A stretch of 64,000 nt of DNA from Corallochytrium limacisporum Hawaii (GCA_002811645.1 PDIP01000060.1:93679-157678), one strand, 5' to 3'. Shown: positions 23,147 through 34,300, numbered from the stretch's first letter. The notes: generated by a model not told the origin, from the letters alone. Numbers and translations are program-made.

Positions 23147-24949
23147 TCATGCAAAGGGATTGCCTCCGCCCTGCTGCTGCTGCTGTGGAGACTGCATGGG
23201 CTGCATGGTGCTTCCCCCGATGTTGCCAAAGGCAGCGAAAGGGTTGTTGCTCTGCTGCTGCTTTTGCTGCGATTGTCCACCGACTCCTCCAAGTCCAGCA
23301 AACGCCTCCTGCTGTGCACTAGCGGCAAAGGGATTGCCACCACCACCGCCACTATTACTGCCAGGCTGTTGCTGCATCGGCGGCCTCGGTGGTCCCTGCT
23401 GCTGTTGCTGCTGAGGCCCTGGCCCTCCGAACCCGCCAAATCCACCAAATGGGTTGCCGCCCTGCTGTTGCTGCTTCTGAGGTCCGCCCTGTTGGCCTGG
23501 GTACGTGTACTGCTGCGGTTGCTGCTGCGGTTGCTGCTGCGGTTGCTGCTGCTGCTGCTGGGGACGAGGAGGTCCACCCATACCTCCGAATGGATTGCTA
23601 CCGGCGCCAACCCCCCCGCCGTTTTGAGTTTGCATTGGTGGCATGCCCGGCACCGAGTGTCCTCCCGAACCAGCAGGCGGTCCAGATGAGAGTGAGCTAA
23701 AGTCCATGTCACGCAAGGCGGCGTATCGGTCGCCACTGTTGCCGCTTGCAGCTGGTCCGCCGCTCGGAGGCGGGGCGGCGGCTGAACCGGGCGCGGGCCC
23801 AGAGCCAGTGGTCGGCACCAGCGGTGCGCCCATAAACGCCGGGGGACGATTGCCCTGAGGCTGCTGTGGTTGTGAAGGTTGCTGCTGCTGTTGGGTCTGC
23901 TGAGATTGCATCGGGGATCCCCCAAAATTTCCGAAAGGATTCGACGGCTGCGCTTGCTGCTGCTGTTGCGGTGGCTGCTGAGCTGCGGGCGGTCCCCCGA
24001 AGTTTGCAAACGGATTTGCTGCTGACTGTGGTGGTGGCTGCTGCTGCTGCTGTTGCTGCTGCTGAGGTGCTTGTGGCTGCTGTGGCTGCTGCTGAGCTGG
24101 TGGTCCTCCAAAGGTCCCGAAAGGATTTGTGGCTGACTGTGGAGGTGCCTGCTGCTGTTGCTGTTGATGCTGAGCACCAGGCGCTCCAAAGTTACCAAAT
24201 GGATTCGATGACTGCTGCTGTGGCTGCTGCTGTGGCTGCTGCTGCGGCTGCTGCTGCGGCCCACCCGAACTGAAAGCACTGAATAGCTCCGCAGCAGTGC
24301 TGCCCGGGACAGATTGTGACTGGCCGCCAGATCCGTCAAAGTCGAGCAGAGTGCCGCCTTTCGGTGCCTGGACGCTCACGCTCTGTGGTGGTCCTCCGGG
24401 GACCGCGCCGATGGCGAAAGGATTGCTGTGCTGTCCGGCTGGCGATTGCTGCGAAGGGATCGTACCGGACCGTGACCGGGGCGCAGACTGGGGTGGTGCC
24501 ATCAGACCACCACCATGGGCTCCTGAGTGATGTGCTCGCTGTTGTGGTTGATTCTCTGGGACCGAGCTCGGGTCAACGTAGAAGCGCTTTTCAATGTATT
24601 TTGCCTTGATCCACCTCCGAAGGACATCACTTTGTCCTGGCTCGGGAGGTTTCATGTCATTCCCGGGACTGTATCGCCCTTGGTAAATAGCCTTTGCGCG
24701 CGCATTACCACCGGCACGGATTCCGCTCATATCGGCGGCCGTGAACTTTGCCATGGAAATAGATTTCAACTTCATTTCCGAGAACTCACGTAGGATACCA
24801 GCGCAGGTCTGGCATACAAAGGAGTCATTGTATAGATTTACGTATGTTGGGCCACGGGCACCGCACTCTAGGCAGTGTTTGTTCTCCTCCATGCGAACCA
24901 TCTTTCGCAACTCATCAACGTTGCGGTCATCTTGCGATCTGGGTGCCAT
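23147..24949 (-). CDS. AGFG1: ArfGAP with FG/NPF repeats (AGFG1/HRB-like)
   Basis: ArfGAP zinc finger CLEC-x16-CQTC followed by GILRE, an LLDFD clathrin box, a DRYAAL motif, 10 NPF motifs and FG/polyQ tracts. Confidence 0.88.
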   Translation of the reverse strand: MAPRSQDDRNVDELRKMVRMEENKHCLECGARGPTYVNLYNDSFVCQTCAGILREFSEMKLKSISMAKFTAADMSGIRAGGNARAKAIYQGRYSPGNDMKPPEPGQSDVLRRWIKAKYIEKRFYVDPSSVPENQPQQRAHHSGAHGGGLMAPPQSAPRSRSGTIPSQQSPAGQHSNPFAIGAVPGGPPQSVSVQAPKGGTLLDFDGSGGQSQSVPGSTAAELFSAFSSGGPQQQPQQQPQQQPQQQSSNPFGNFGAPGAQHQQQQQQAPPQSATNPFGTFGGPPAQQQPQQPQAPQQQQQQQQQPPPQSAANPFANFGGPPAAQQPPQQQQQAQPSNPFGNFGGSPMQSQQTQQQQQPSQPQQPQGNRPPAFMGAPLVPTTGSGPAPGSAAAPPPSGGPAASGNSGDRYAALRDMDFSSLSSGPPAGSGGHSVPGMPPMQTQNGGGVGAGSNPFGGMGGPPRPQQQQQQPQQQPQQQPQQYTYPGQQGGPQKQQQQGGNPFGGFGGFGGPGPQQQQQQGPPRPPMQQQPGSNSGGGGGNPFAASAQQEAFAGLGGVGGQSQQKQQQSNNPFAAFGNIGGSTMQPMQSPQQQQQGGGNPFA

Positions 24950-27184
24950 GGCTGAATTGTTTGCCTTGTAATCTCTGTATCAATTTTCTTTGTTGCTGGA
25001 AATCTATCTATAATTTTGGGTCCTCTGCTTTAGATTTGTTACTGTAGCGTGCTAACTTTTCCTATGCCTTTGTCAGAACTTCATCCCCACAAAGGAAAAG
25101 CACTACCCGTCCTGACGAAGACCCGCGCGTCTTTTCCGCTATCAGTCCAAAACTGTGTTGTGACACAGATTCATGTCTTCTCATACGTCACCGAGACCCA
25201 ACCAGCTGTCCTACATCGGCTTGAATGTGGAAAAGCACATTCCGAAGCACGCTTTTGTCTACAGGCGGAATGACGTCGAATCCCAATGCTTAGCCGCCCC
25301 CCTTTCCTCCCTCCATTCCGTGCTTTCTCGCAACAACGCGTAGTAGCACAAGAGCTGCACTGCCCCCAACCAACGGCTCCGTCCACCCATACATTCCCCC
25401 TCCCCTTTCTCACCTTCCCTCCCGAACACCACCACCTCTCCCTCCCAACCCCATCCCTCTTCGGCCAAGCGCCAGCAAGGCGACCGTACTTGGTTCCAGT
25501 GCTGCTCCTCCGACCACTCTTCCGTCCCCGAACTGTCCCCTGCCCACCCTTGCGCGCAATGAGCGCTATCAAACGGCGCGCTGCAAATGGGGGGACCCGG
25601 CAAAAAAAAAACAAGAAAAATAAAAAAATGGAAGAAACCAACAAAAGGAAATACACCGTTGATCCCCTCCCGCTCTGCGCTCCCGCTGGGCCGTGATTCG
25701 AGCTCTCTGGAGGAAGGCACCGATTGGCCCCGCCGACTGTGTTTCTTTTTCCCCCCTTTGCCTATGCGGCCCGGTAACGCGGGAGCCCGGGGGGGGAGGG
25801 GGAGGGGGGGCCTTCTTCCTCAGCACTCCCGCCACGGCTGCTTTTCTTGGCCCGAAACGTTCCGATCACCCGCTCCCAGTTCCACTGAAGAGCCCTACCC
25901 AATAGAACGCTCACTCTCTCTGTTCAGAGTAGTCTCTGAAATAAACGATGAAACACACCTGGAAAGGAACAGCAAGCGAATGAAGTCACAGGGGGCCACA
26001 GCATGTCGCTCACAAGGTGGAGGAGTAGGAGGACATGACCCGTTCGAGCCTCGGAACGCACATGAGGAGCGAGCTGCCCTTGTCACCGGTACCTGATATG
26101 CCCGAACACCAGACGACCTAAAACACATATCAGTTCCCACTCCTTCCCACCACCACACCAAAACGGCAAAAGGTTTTTGTTGCTGGCACTGGTAGCAGAG
26201 GCACACGATGAGAAGTTGGGGTGGCTCTGCTGAACGGGGGATTGCCCCCTTTCAAAGCCACAAAACGGCGGGCCCCAGTTTGGACCCCGGAAAAGGGAAA
26301 AGGTTAGTTGGGGAGGGAAATTGCTGAGAACCGAACGGAAAAAGTATAAAAAGAGGGAGGGAATGCGAAATCACACTCTAAGGGTAACGGAGTAAACACT
26401 CAAAATGAAAATGGAAGCGCGCGCACAATCCGGCCCCTGGTGTTCAATATGTTTACTATAGAATACGCTTGAGAATAGCGTGCTGCTTGGCCCCACTCCA
26501 TCGCTGGTAGTGACGTCCGATTGGGTGCTGGCCAGCAGTGTCTCAATGTGGCCTGGTTTGCACATCCGGATATAAAATTAGGGACGCGGGGAGGGGCAGG
26601 AAAAAACACACACAAATCGTTGAAGCGTACACACATGATTTTTTCATGTTTTTTACGCCTTGGTACTTTTTGTTGGGGAATCGGAATTTTTCTTAATTTT
26701 GAGGTATTCGGTGGGGCCTTATTCAGCACAGTAGTTTAGTAATGAAATAACCGGAGAAGGTTGCAAGATTCATTCCCAATACAAATTAACGGAAATGTCG
26801 CCTCATTGGGCCATTTACAGTAGTCTGGCCCTCCCTTTGGCCCACTGGGGTGGCCTGCACCATTGAAAACTTGATACCTGCAGTCCGTGAGTACTGCGGG
26901 ACTATGCGCTTTTCGCCTTCGCGAGCGCTCATTTCCAGCTCCAAAGTGACCCTCAATACGTTCATTACCAACTGGAACGACGGTATCCCTCGAACCACAG
27001 GAGCCGAGTTCTAGGGTCATACAGAAGCAAGGCACTAATGTCATATCGTAATTGTATCCTATTGAACGAAGGAGATCATGGAAGCTATTTGAAGTGATAA
27101 GATATTTAAGTGCTGGTACTAATATGTTTGCCGTCATAGATTTATTTTTACGGTTAGTCTGTCAATCTATTCAAATCTACAACC

Positions 27185-28137
27185 ATGGCTGTAAGTATTT
27201 TACTTGGGACAGAATGAAACTATTAGATACTAAGGGATATCAGAGTGGGAAGAAAAATCTGGGCTACGTCAACACGACAATTTTGTACATATAGGTCCAT
27301 CCGCTCGTGGAAGTGATTGGGTTTGCGAATGTATTGCTTGTTTCGCAGTGGTGGCAACTGGAATGACCATGGTATAGTACAGCCAATGTTACGCTTTCAC
27401 TCAATTATCATAATTGTGACAAAGTGTGACAGTAGGCCCATGCTAAAGAGTGGACCATATCCATATTAGCCTGCCATGCACTTGCGGATCTAAGGTAGAC
27501 ATGGGCATGTACTGATCGTTTCCCGAAGGACGAACCTATGCCAAGAATTTGTCACAAGAGTGTCCAGATTCTCTCCCTAATTCGTATCGCCGCGGTCTCT
27601 TTGTGAATTTTGTCAATTTCGCTATGACCTCCTTTCATGATCATGAACTGGGTTTGCTAACATTGCTTTTATTCTTCCAATCTATTTTATCTACAGGACG
27701 CCGCCGCCGCCGAACAGCGCCAGAAGCGTACTTTCCGCAAGTTCTCTTACCGTGGTATTGACCTCGAGCAGTTGCTTGACCTCAAGAGTGAGCAGCTGAC
27801 CTCTTTGGTCTGCGCCCGCCAGCGCCGCCGCTTCAACCGCGGTCTCAAGCGCAAGCCGATGACTCTGATCAAGAAGCTCCGTAAGGCTAAGAAGAACTGC
27901 CCCGTCAACGAGAAGCCCGAGCCCGTCAAGACCCACCTCCGCAACATGATTGTGGTCCCTGAGATGATTGGCTCCATCGTTGCCATTTACAACGGAAAGT
28001 CTTTCAACCAGGTTGAGATCAAGCCCGAGATGGTGGGACACTACCTCGGTGAGTTCAGTATCACTTACAAGCCCGTCGGTCACGGTCGCCCCGGTATCGG
28101 ATCTACTAACAGCTCTCGCTTCATTCCTCTGAAGTGA
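27185..28137 (+). CDS. RPS15: 40S ribosomal protein S15 (uS19), two exons: 27185-27190 and 27697-28137
   Basis: Exon 1 is aaccATGGCT followed by GTAAGT. Exon 2 reads [29 protein letters not shown]...[17 protein letters not shown]...[14 protein letters not shown]...SSRFIPLK, joined in phase 0. Confidence 0.93.
27191..27696 (+). other. 506-nt spliceosomal intron of RPS15
   Basis: GTAAGT donor, TGCTAAC branch point at about 27655-27661, pyrimidine tract and CTACAG acceptor. Removal gives an in-frame uS19. Confidence 0.85.
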
Positions 28138-28482
28138 AGTGGCTGATCTTTGTTGGAATCCTAAACATCGGTCATCTTAACTTAGTCATTTTTAATTTTC
28201 TTCACATCTAGCATAACGTAAACTACCATGTGTTTCTCATCATAAGAACCTAAAAACCGAGTTTTTGTACTTCTTCTTTAGTCTAACATTGTTTTTGCTT
28301 GCGGTGTGGATGGTGATGTCCCTGGAAAGGAGTCTCTTCATGTTGATCGAGCTTTCTGGTAGAATTTGTCCTTGTACTTCCAAAATATTCGTACAAGTAG
28401 AAACTGTCAAGATTCCTGTTGGCATCAACGTCCCTAACTATGAAGATGTTTCTATTAGAACACTGCAGATTTTGAGGGGAGC

Positions 28483-29454
28483 TTACTGACCTCCCTTACC
28501 AGCCTGCCTCGCCGCGTGCCGGGCCTGTGCCTTCTCGCGCGCTTGCTTAACACGATCGCCCAGCTCGTGCTTTTCCGCAAGAACCTTGAGCGTCTCCAGG
28601 ATCAATGGCATAAAATTGTGCTGTCGACGAGCATTCTCCTTGGCCCACTGCGCTCGCTTGGCCTCCTCCTGTGCAACCTCAACCTTGAGGTCAGCTAATT
28701 GCTCGTCAATCTCCGATTCAGCAGCACCAGTCATAGCCTCTCGGACTTGCCCTATTTGCTCTCCTAAACTTACCAGTCGGTCTTTGGTAATTGCAAGAAG
28801 ATTGAATCGAATCTCTGACGCTGCATAGCGTGTAATGCGCTGCTGAATGACCTCTGCGGCATGCTCGTACCATGCCCGTCCAGAAGCACTGCCGTGGTCT
28901 ATCGGAGATGACCTCAGACCGTCCAGTTCATAAACATTGCCGTCTTTGCCTGGAATATAGGCTACGAAATGGAAAACGTCGTCATCCTTGGGCCCATGGT
29001 CCTTGTGCTCCAGCAGGTACATGTCCGTACGACTGAAACTGTTATGCACGGAACGGATGACGTCGCTGTTGCTGATGGCAAGGCCCTTCATTTCCGGATC
29101 GAACTCAGATGTAAACAACTTGAACTCTTTGAGCGTGTCGCCAAGTTCCACGGTGTCCTCCTGGTTCATCAGCACAGAGAGAATGGCCTGTGTGGCACAC
29201 GCGTTGGTGATAATCTGACGGGCAAAGAAAATTCCTTTATCTGACGCTTCCACCAGGGGTCCCGCTGCATCCTCTTCTCGCCATTTGAATAAGAAAATCA
29301 GACCATAAATGGGACTGAGCTGCTGTAATGTGATTGCATCCAGACTGTGCAGTTCCTCCACCTGCACTCCCTTAACTCCAACATCTTGTACAAGCTTGGT
29401 GAACAGACCGGGATCTGACTCAATCAGGCACCAATTGTCTCCGTCCTCTGCCAT
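28483..29454 (-). CDS. UCHL5: Ubiquitin C-terminal hydrolase UCH37/UCHL5 (peptidase C12)
   Basis: WCLIESDPG, catalytic NACATQA, FHFVAY and YELDGL motifs, plus the C-terminal ULD helix ENARRQHNFMPLI. Confidence 0.95.
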   Translation of the reverse strand: MAEDGDNWCLIESDPGLFTKLVQDVGVKGVQVEELHSLDAITLQQLSPIYGLIFLFKWREEDAAGPLVEASDKGIFFARQIITNACATQAILSVLMNQEDTVELGDTLKEFKLFTSEFDPEMKGLAISNSDVIRSVHNSFSRTDMYLLEHKDHGPKDDDVFHFVAYIPGKDGNVYELDGLRSSPIDHGSASGRAWYEHAAEVIQQRITRYAASEIRFNLLAITKDRLVSLGEQIGQVREAMTGAAESEIDEQLADLKVEVAQEEAKRAQWAKENARRQHNFMPLILETLKVLAEKHELGDRVKQAREKAQARHAARQAGKGGQ

Positions 29455-29955
29455 GATACTTTTGCTTTCTACTCGTGTAAATAGTATGTTATGCCAGTGT
29501 TGCTTGCCTGCTTTACATCATCCAAAAGACTTGTTTTTTCGTCTGTTGTCCCATTTGTCGTCTATTCATGAACCTAATGTGCGAAAACATAACTCACTTC
29601 TACGAGAGGCCTGCATTGTATGCATTCCTCTACATACCTTAAACTACATCAGGTTGAAATGGATCTTAGGTCAATGGAAACCTTGAAAACTACAACTACT
29701 TCCCAAAGGAGCCAAGAAATCGTTTACGAACGTACCTACCACCAAACAAGTTGGGGCCAGCACCGCCAGCCCCGAACCGGTCAGTGCGAAAGCGTTGGCG
29801 TTTGCCGCTTCCGCCAGGAAGGGGTGAAGGGAGGGCTGGACGGGCTAGGCTGGAAGAGGGTGAAGTTACAGATCTAGGCTTTTCGAATCGATTGGGTGAT
29901 CCCTGCTTATGTGTATGCATTTGACTACGGTCGCAGTGCCCACGTCGGACACGGG

Positions 29956-30865
29956 TTAGTCTACAGTGCTACTGTTGGCATGATTGTGGTAGGCGACTTT
30001 GGTAACATAGCCATCACGCAGGCCGACTTTAGCCCTAGGTCGGCCGAGGTCCCGGATCTGTACAGCAGGGGTTTGGACGCCGGCGTCACGCGAGCACTGG
30101 GATGCGTACAAGTGGCTCACGCTTGACTTGAGCACTCCCTCATTGCTCTCTGCACGATCAAGCTGCGATTTTGCGTTGTTCAGGACTCGAGTTAGGATCT
30201 GGACTTGCTTGCCCAGCTGTTCAATGTCCAAATCCTTGCTCAAAATGTCCTGTTTCATTTTGGCAACGGACGTGTACTTCTCCTCTCCTGCCGTCTTAAT
30301 TGCTGCAGCGATTTCAACTTGCTTCCGCTCCTGTTCCTGCAGCCAGCGTCGTGACCAGAAGACCTTCTCGGCATTGAGCTGACTCTTGAGTTGATCGATC
30401 GCTGCTGCAAGTTCCACCTTGCTCTTGGCTCCCTCACCCATCTCCAGCATGCTGATCGTGACCCTCAAATCTGTCGTCACCTTTGCATGTTCAACTTTGA
30501 TGCGGACAATGGCTTCTTGCTTCTCTTCGAGATGTCGCTCTGTACGCTTGAGTCGGAATTCAGCATCCCGAAGTGCTCAGCGTTGCGCAGTATGTTTATC
30601 TGTGAGGCCCTTGACTTCAGCGCTCAAGTCAGCTTCGCCGCTTTCCTCGAAATGTGCCTGCAAGGCCTTGATACGTCTCTGAACCATTGGTTCCATCATC
30701 TTCATCTTCACTTTCATGGTCGTCACCTTCTTGGTCATGTCAACAGTTGTATCCGCTGTGGTCTCAGCCTGTTCTTTGGCAACGCAAATCTTTATCATGC
30801 TTGTGGTACCGGAACTTCCGAAGTTCACTGCGCATTTCATCAATGAACCTTCTTTGTCTACCCAT
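29956..30865 (-). pseudogene. Interrupted coiled-coil protein gene (in-frame TGA at 30579-30577, possible upstream frameshift)
   Basis: ORFs 30577..30843 and 29956..30480 share a frame and are linked by 32 sense codons of continuous coiled-coil sequence (...KHTAQR*ALRDAEFRLKRTERHLEEKQEAIVRIKVEHAKVTTDLR...). The upstream helix MGRQRRFIDEMRSELRKF lies in another frame. Confidence 0.55.
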
Positions 30866-32103
30866 GGTCCTGGAGTGGATGTGTTCTGACATCACGAAGA
30901 TCACGGCACAAACGAGGAGTATGCACCAAGGGGTATCCACTACAAATCTGTAGTATCGATTACTTGAGTGCACATACCCGATACCTCATAGACTTTTCAT
31001 ATACGATATGATCGACTGCGCAGGACGGCAGGGTAGGCATCGCGCATGGTGGTGGTCACCTGGAGATCTTCGGGATTTCTGAATATACCCCTTCGCAACC
31101 ACCAAATAAACTGACCCCTTAATTGATTGTTGAGACTTGATTCTTTGTTTCGATTTCCACTGGTGTTGCCTGTGTCGCGCACACATAGGAAACTGCACCC
31201 GAAGGAATAGACCCATTGCGCCCTAAATCAATCGACGTTCGAAAACTTACTGTGCCCATTATTCATGTACTTGATACCCTTGCGCATGCACTTGAGAATA
31301 AACAATCAACAATCATTGATCTCTTAGCATCAGATGAATAAATCAAATAGTGCATCAAACAGCTTACGTCGGACATCTCAATATTTATTGTACTAGAAAA
31401 TCAAAATGTTGATTCATTTCCCAGTCTTGCTACCAGGGGACCGGGGCGCGCTCCTACGGAAAAAGAAACTTCCCCTCCCTGGCTGAGAAAGTGCCAACGG
31501 TCAGACGAGATAGCGCGACCATTGGCCAGTAGTGAATGTAGCCAATATACCTTGTTTTTTTTGCGCTGACGAAGCGCAGCACCTGGTACAATACGAAGGA
31601 GTGGGACAGGAAGGAGCCACGACGCACTCTTCACCTGTCAATTTAACGTCAACTGCTTCCCCTATAGCAAATGAATGGCACGGATTGGCTCCCTCTAAGC
31701 CGTTTTACCTCAGCGAAGTGGTAACGGATGGGGCGACTTGGCTGTGTGATATTTGGGCTCCCTGGCACATACCGCACCAAGACGGGACGACCGGGGGACC
31801 TTTGGGCCAATGACTGAGAAACAAAAACCCACAGCTGGAGTCGTGCAAACTTTACCGATCATAGACGGCTGGTTAGTCTGTGGCGCTGTTTTTAAGGTAC
31901 ATTATAGATCTGACTGTAAACGGCAACCTTATGACTGCAGTCAAGTCCACAGATAAGGTTTAAACTATTACTGTTGTGCGTGCATTCCAGGACGTGCAAA
32001 GAGAGAGGCAATGGTCGGTTTGTAATCCGCCAAGCATTCGGGAACGAAATCATTGAGTTGTCTCGCATGCAGAACATAATACAAAAAATAGGGGAATACG
32101 AAC

Positions 32104-34170
32104 ATGGAGTTTGCTTACAATAAGAAAGCGCCGGCGCTACACTCAGAACAGAAGCGGGTCTTGGACCACAAGTCATCTCATGACATCGGCCTGATCCATG
32201 ACGTCCGCGACTACTTCAAAGAACGGGCACGTCTTGAGCGCAAACTTTGCGAGGATCTGAGCAAGAAGTGTCAAGAATTGTCCAAGAAGTATGATTCTGG
32301 TGGCCAGTTGAATCCTGATGAACCGAATGTTAAACTCGTCTCTCTTGTGAAGGGCCTTTTCGATCTGGACGACTCCGTTTACCAACATCGCCTGAAACAC
32401 GAGGTTGAGCCAATAGAGAAGGCAGTCGAGAGCTTGAAACCTTTTCGGTCGGGTAAACAGGAAGAGTACAAGAAGCAGATGGCAGAATTGGCAAGGTACA
32501 TGAAGGAACTGGAGGATGCAGACGCGTCCACACACAAACTGCGCAAGGAATACACTTTGGTTGCTAAAGAGGCTATGGGATCTCGTAGTAAGGTCAAGGA
32601 TCTCCACAGCAAGCTCAGTGAGGGCAAGACAGGAGTGTTCCAATCCAAGTCTGCCCTGCGTACAAAGGTCGAGACCAACGAAACAAAATTGAAAGCTGTC
32701 GAGACACGAAATCGTAAAGCGGAGAATCAGTACATGGTGGCTGCGGACATGCTGGACATGCACGCAGAAATCTACTTCAACCAGTATTTGAAAAAGCTCA
32801 TGGGAGAGATGGATCATGAATTCTACGAGAGAATGTCTTCAACACTGCAGCAGTATGCGGAGAATGCTATTGTACACGGTCGGATTATTCAGGAGAAGAT
32901 GGAACCGATCAGTACTGCATCCACCAAGGTTCAGCGAGACTACGAAAATAACATGTTCCTAAAGGCCAATGAGGTGCTAGTCTACAAGGAGATTCCGTTC
33001 CGAGCAGTGGACAATGAATCTCCTGAGCGCTTGAGCAACACAGACGACGACGATCTGAGCTCGATTGCGGACAGCTACAACAGGCAGCTAAAGTTGGCCT
33101 ACAAACAGAAGCAGCAGTGGACCCGGGAGTTGTCTGCCATTTCTAAGACTAAATCAACTTTTATGGGGGACACACCGGAAGCACAACAGGCCGCTCTAAA
33201 CTGCGAGCAACAGATCGAAGACCTAACGGACAAGTGTCGTTACCAAGATCTAAAGATTGCCAAGTTCAATCGCGTTTTGCACAAACTTCAAGATGCGGGT
33301 GCTACTGTCGAGATACCTCAACCAGACGCAGATTACTCAGCCTTTGACTATTCCCAGCTTAGCTTCAGAGAGAGCGAAAACAACAGCCACGGGGGCGCAA
33401 CAAGTGTCGGTGCCGTGGGCAGCGGGCAAGGCTTCGACGACGATGACAATTTTGAGGCTGGCAACGAAGGTTATGCAGCCAATGGCGCCGCCTCTGGTCT
33501 TGCGTTTGCAGCTGCCCAGGGAGCGAACAGGGGTGCGGCTTTAGATGATGATTTCCGCGATGATGACGATGACTTTGGACACAACGATCAGAATGGAGGG
33601 TATGGAGCATCATCTGGCGCTGTCGTACCACCAAGGCCCCCGGGTCCGTCCATGCCAGCCCCGGTGCCATCGTCCGGTAGCATGCCAGCCCCGGTGCCAT
33701 CGTCCGGTGGCATGCCAGCCCCTCTTCCGGCCACGGGTGTCGCAGCCGCGAGTATGTCAGCAATGCCCACAAAGCTCCGCGCCCTCTACGACTACGAGGC
33801 CCGCGAACAAGACGAAATCGATCTTTATGCCGGAGAAGTGATCGAGCTCGTTAACGACCCTTCGACCCCTCAGGCGTGGTTGACTGGACGAAAGGCAAAC
33901 GGACGTACGGGCCTGATCCCCGAGAACTATGTGCTCCAGTACAAGCTCCTTGCCACTGCCAAAGAAGACAACGAGGATGACGAAGACGGTGCTCTACGTT
34001 TCCGGGCCGGTGATGTCATAGAGGTTATTGGCATTGATCCTGAGGATGACAGTTTCCTGAAGGGTCACCTGTACACTGCGGTGGAGGACCGCCCCGGGTT
34101 TTTCTACCCAGATCTGGTGGGCCGACATCCAGACGAGCAGTACCCACCGGACTTCGATTGGTTTGACTGA
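32104..34170 (+). CDS. F-BAR and double SH3 domain protein (FCHSD/Nwk/Bzz1-like)
   Basis: N-terminal FCH/F-BAR (IHDVRDYFKERARLERKLCEDL), an extra coiled coil, an acidic/Pro linker, SH3-1 (ALYDY...WLTG...GLIPENYV) and a degenerate SH3-2. Confidence 0.85.
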   Translation: MEFAYNKKAPALHSEQKRVLDHKSSHDIGLIHDVRDYFKERARLERKLCEDLSKKCQELSKKYDSGGQLNPDEPNVKLVSLVKGLFDLDDSVYQHRLKHEVEPIEKAVESLKPFRSGKQEEYKKQMAELARYMKELEDADASTHKLRKEYTLVAKEAMGSRSKVKDLHSKLSEGKTGVFQSKSALRTKVETNETKLKAVETRNRKAENQYMVAADMLDMHAEIYFNQYLKKLMGEMDHEFYERMSSTLQQYAENAIVHGRIIQEKMEPISTASTKVQRDYENNMFLKANEVLVYKEIPFRAVDNESPERLSNTDDDDLSSIADSYNRQLKLAYKQKQQWTRELSAISKTKSTFMGDTPEAQQAALNCEQQIEDLTDKCRYQDLKIAKFNRVLHKLQDAGATVEIPQPDADYSAFDYSQLSFRESENNSHGGATSVGAVGSGQGFDDDDNFEAGNEGYAANGAASGLAFAAAQGANRGAALDDDFRDDDDDFGHNDQNGGYGASSGAVVPPRPPGPSMPAPVPSSGSMPAPVPSSGGMPAPLPATGVAAASMSAMPTKLRALYDYEAREQDEIDLYAGEVIELVNDPSTPQAWLTGRKANGRTGLIPENYVLQYKLLATAKEDNEDDEDGALRFRAGDVIEVIGIDPEDDSFLKGHLYTAVEDRPGFFYPDLVGRHPDEQYPPDFDWFD
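33650..33722 (+). repeat. 30-bp coding tandem repeat (MPAPVPSSGS x2.4)
   Basis: catgccagccccggtgccatcgtccggt(a/g)g is repeated within the F-BAR linker. Confidence 0.85.
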
Positions 34171-34300
34171 GACTGGCCGATAGAACCTCTATCACGTTAA
34201 GCCTGCCACACGGAGCTCCTTTCCAAAGCTGTTTGGTCATTTTCGAAATATAGTATGAAACATTTTGTAAATTTGTACTGATTAACTATGAAACGTTAGG

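Noticed and set aside
23096-24339. 402-aa (-) and 197-aa (+) overlapping ORFs in the ArfGAP tail
   Set aside because: PolyS/polyL/polyA by-products of CAG repeats.
30577-30579. Selenocysteine interpretation of the in-frame TGA
   Set aside because: No redox motif, the context is plain coiled coil, no SECIS was recognisable by eye, and the flanks show additional frame disruption.
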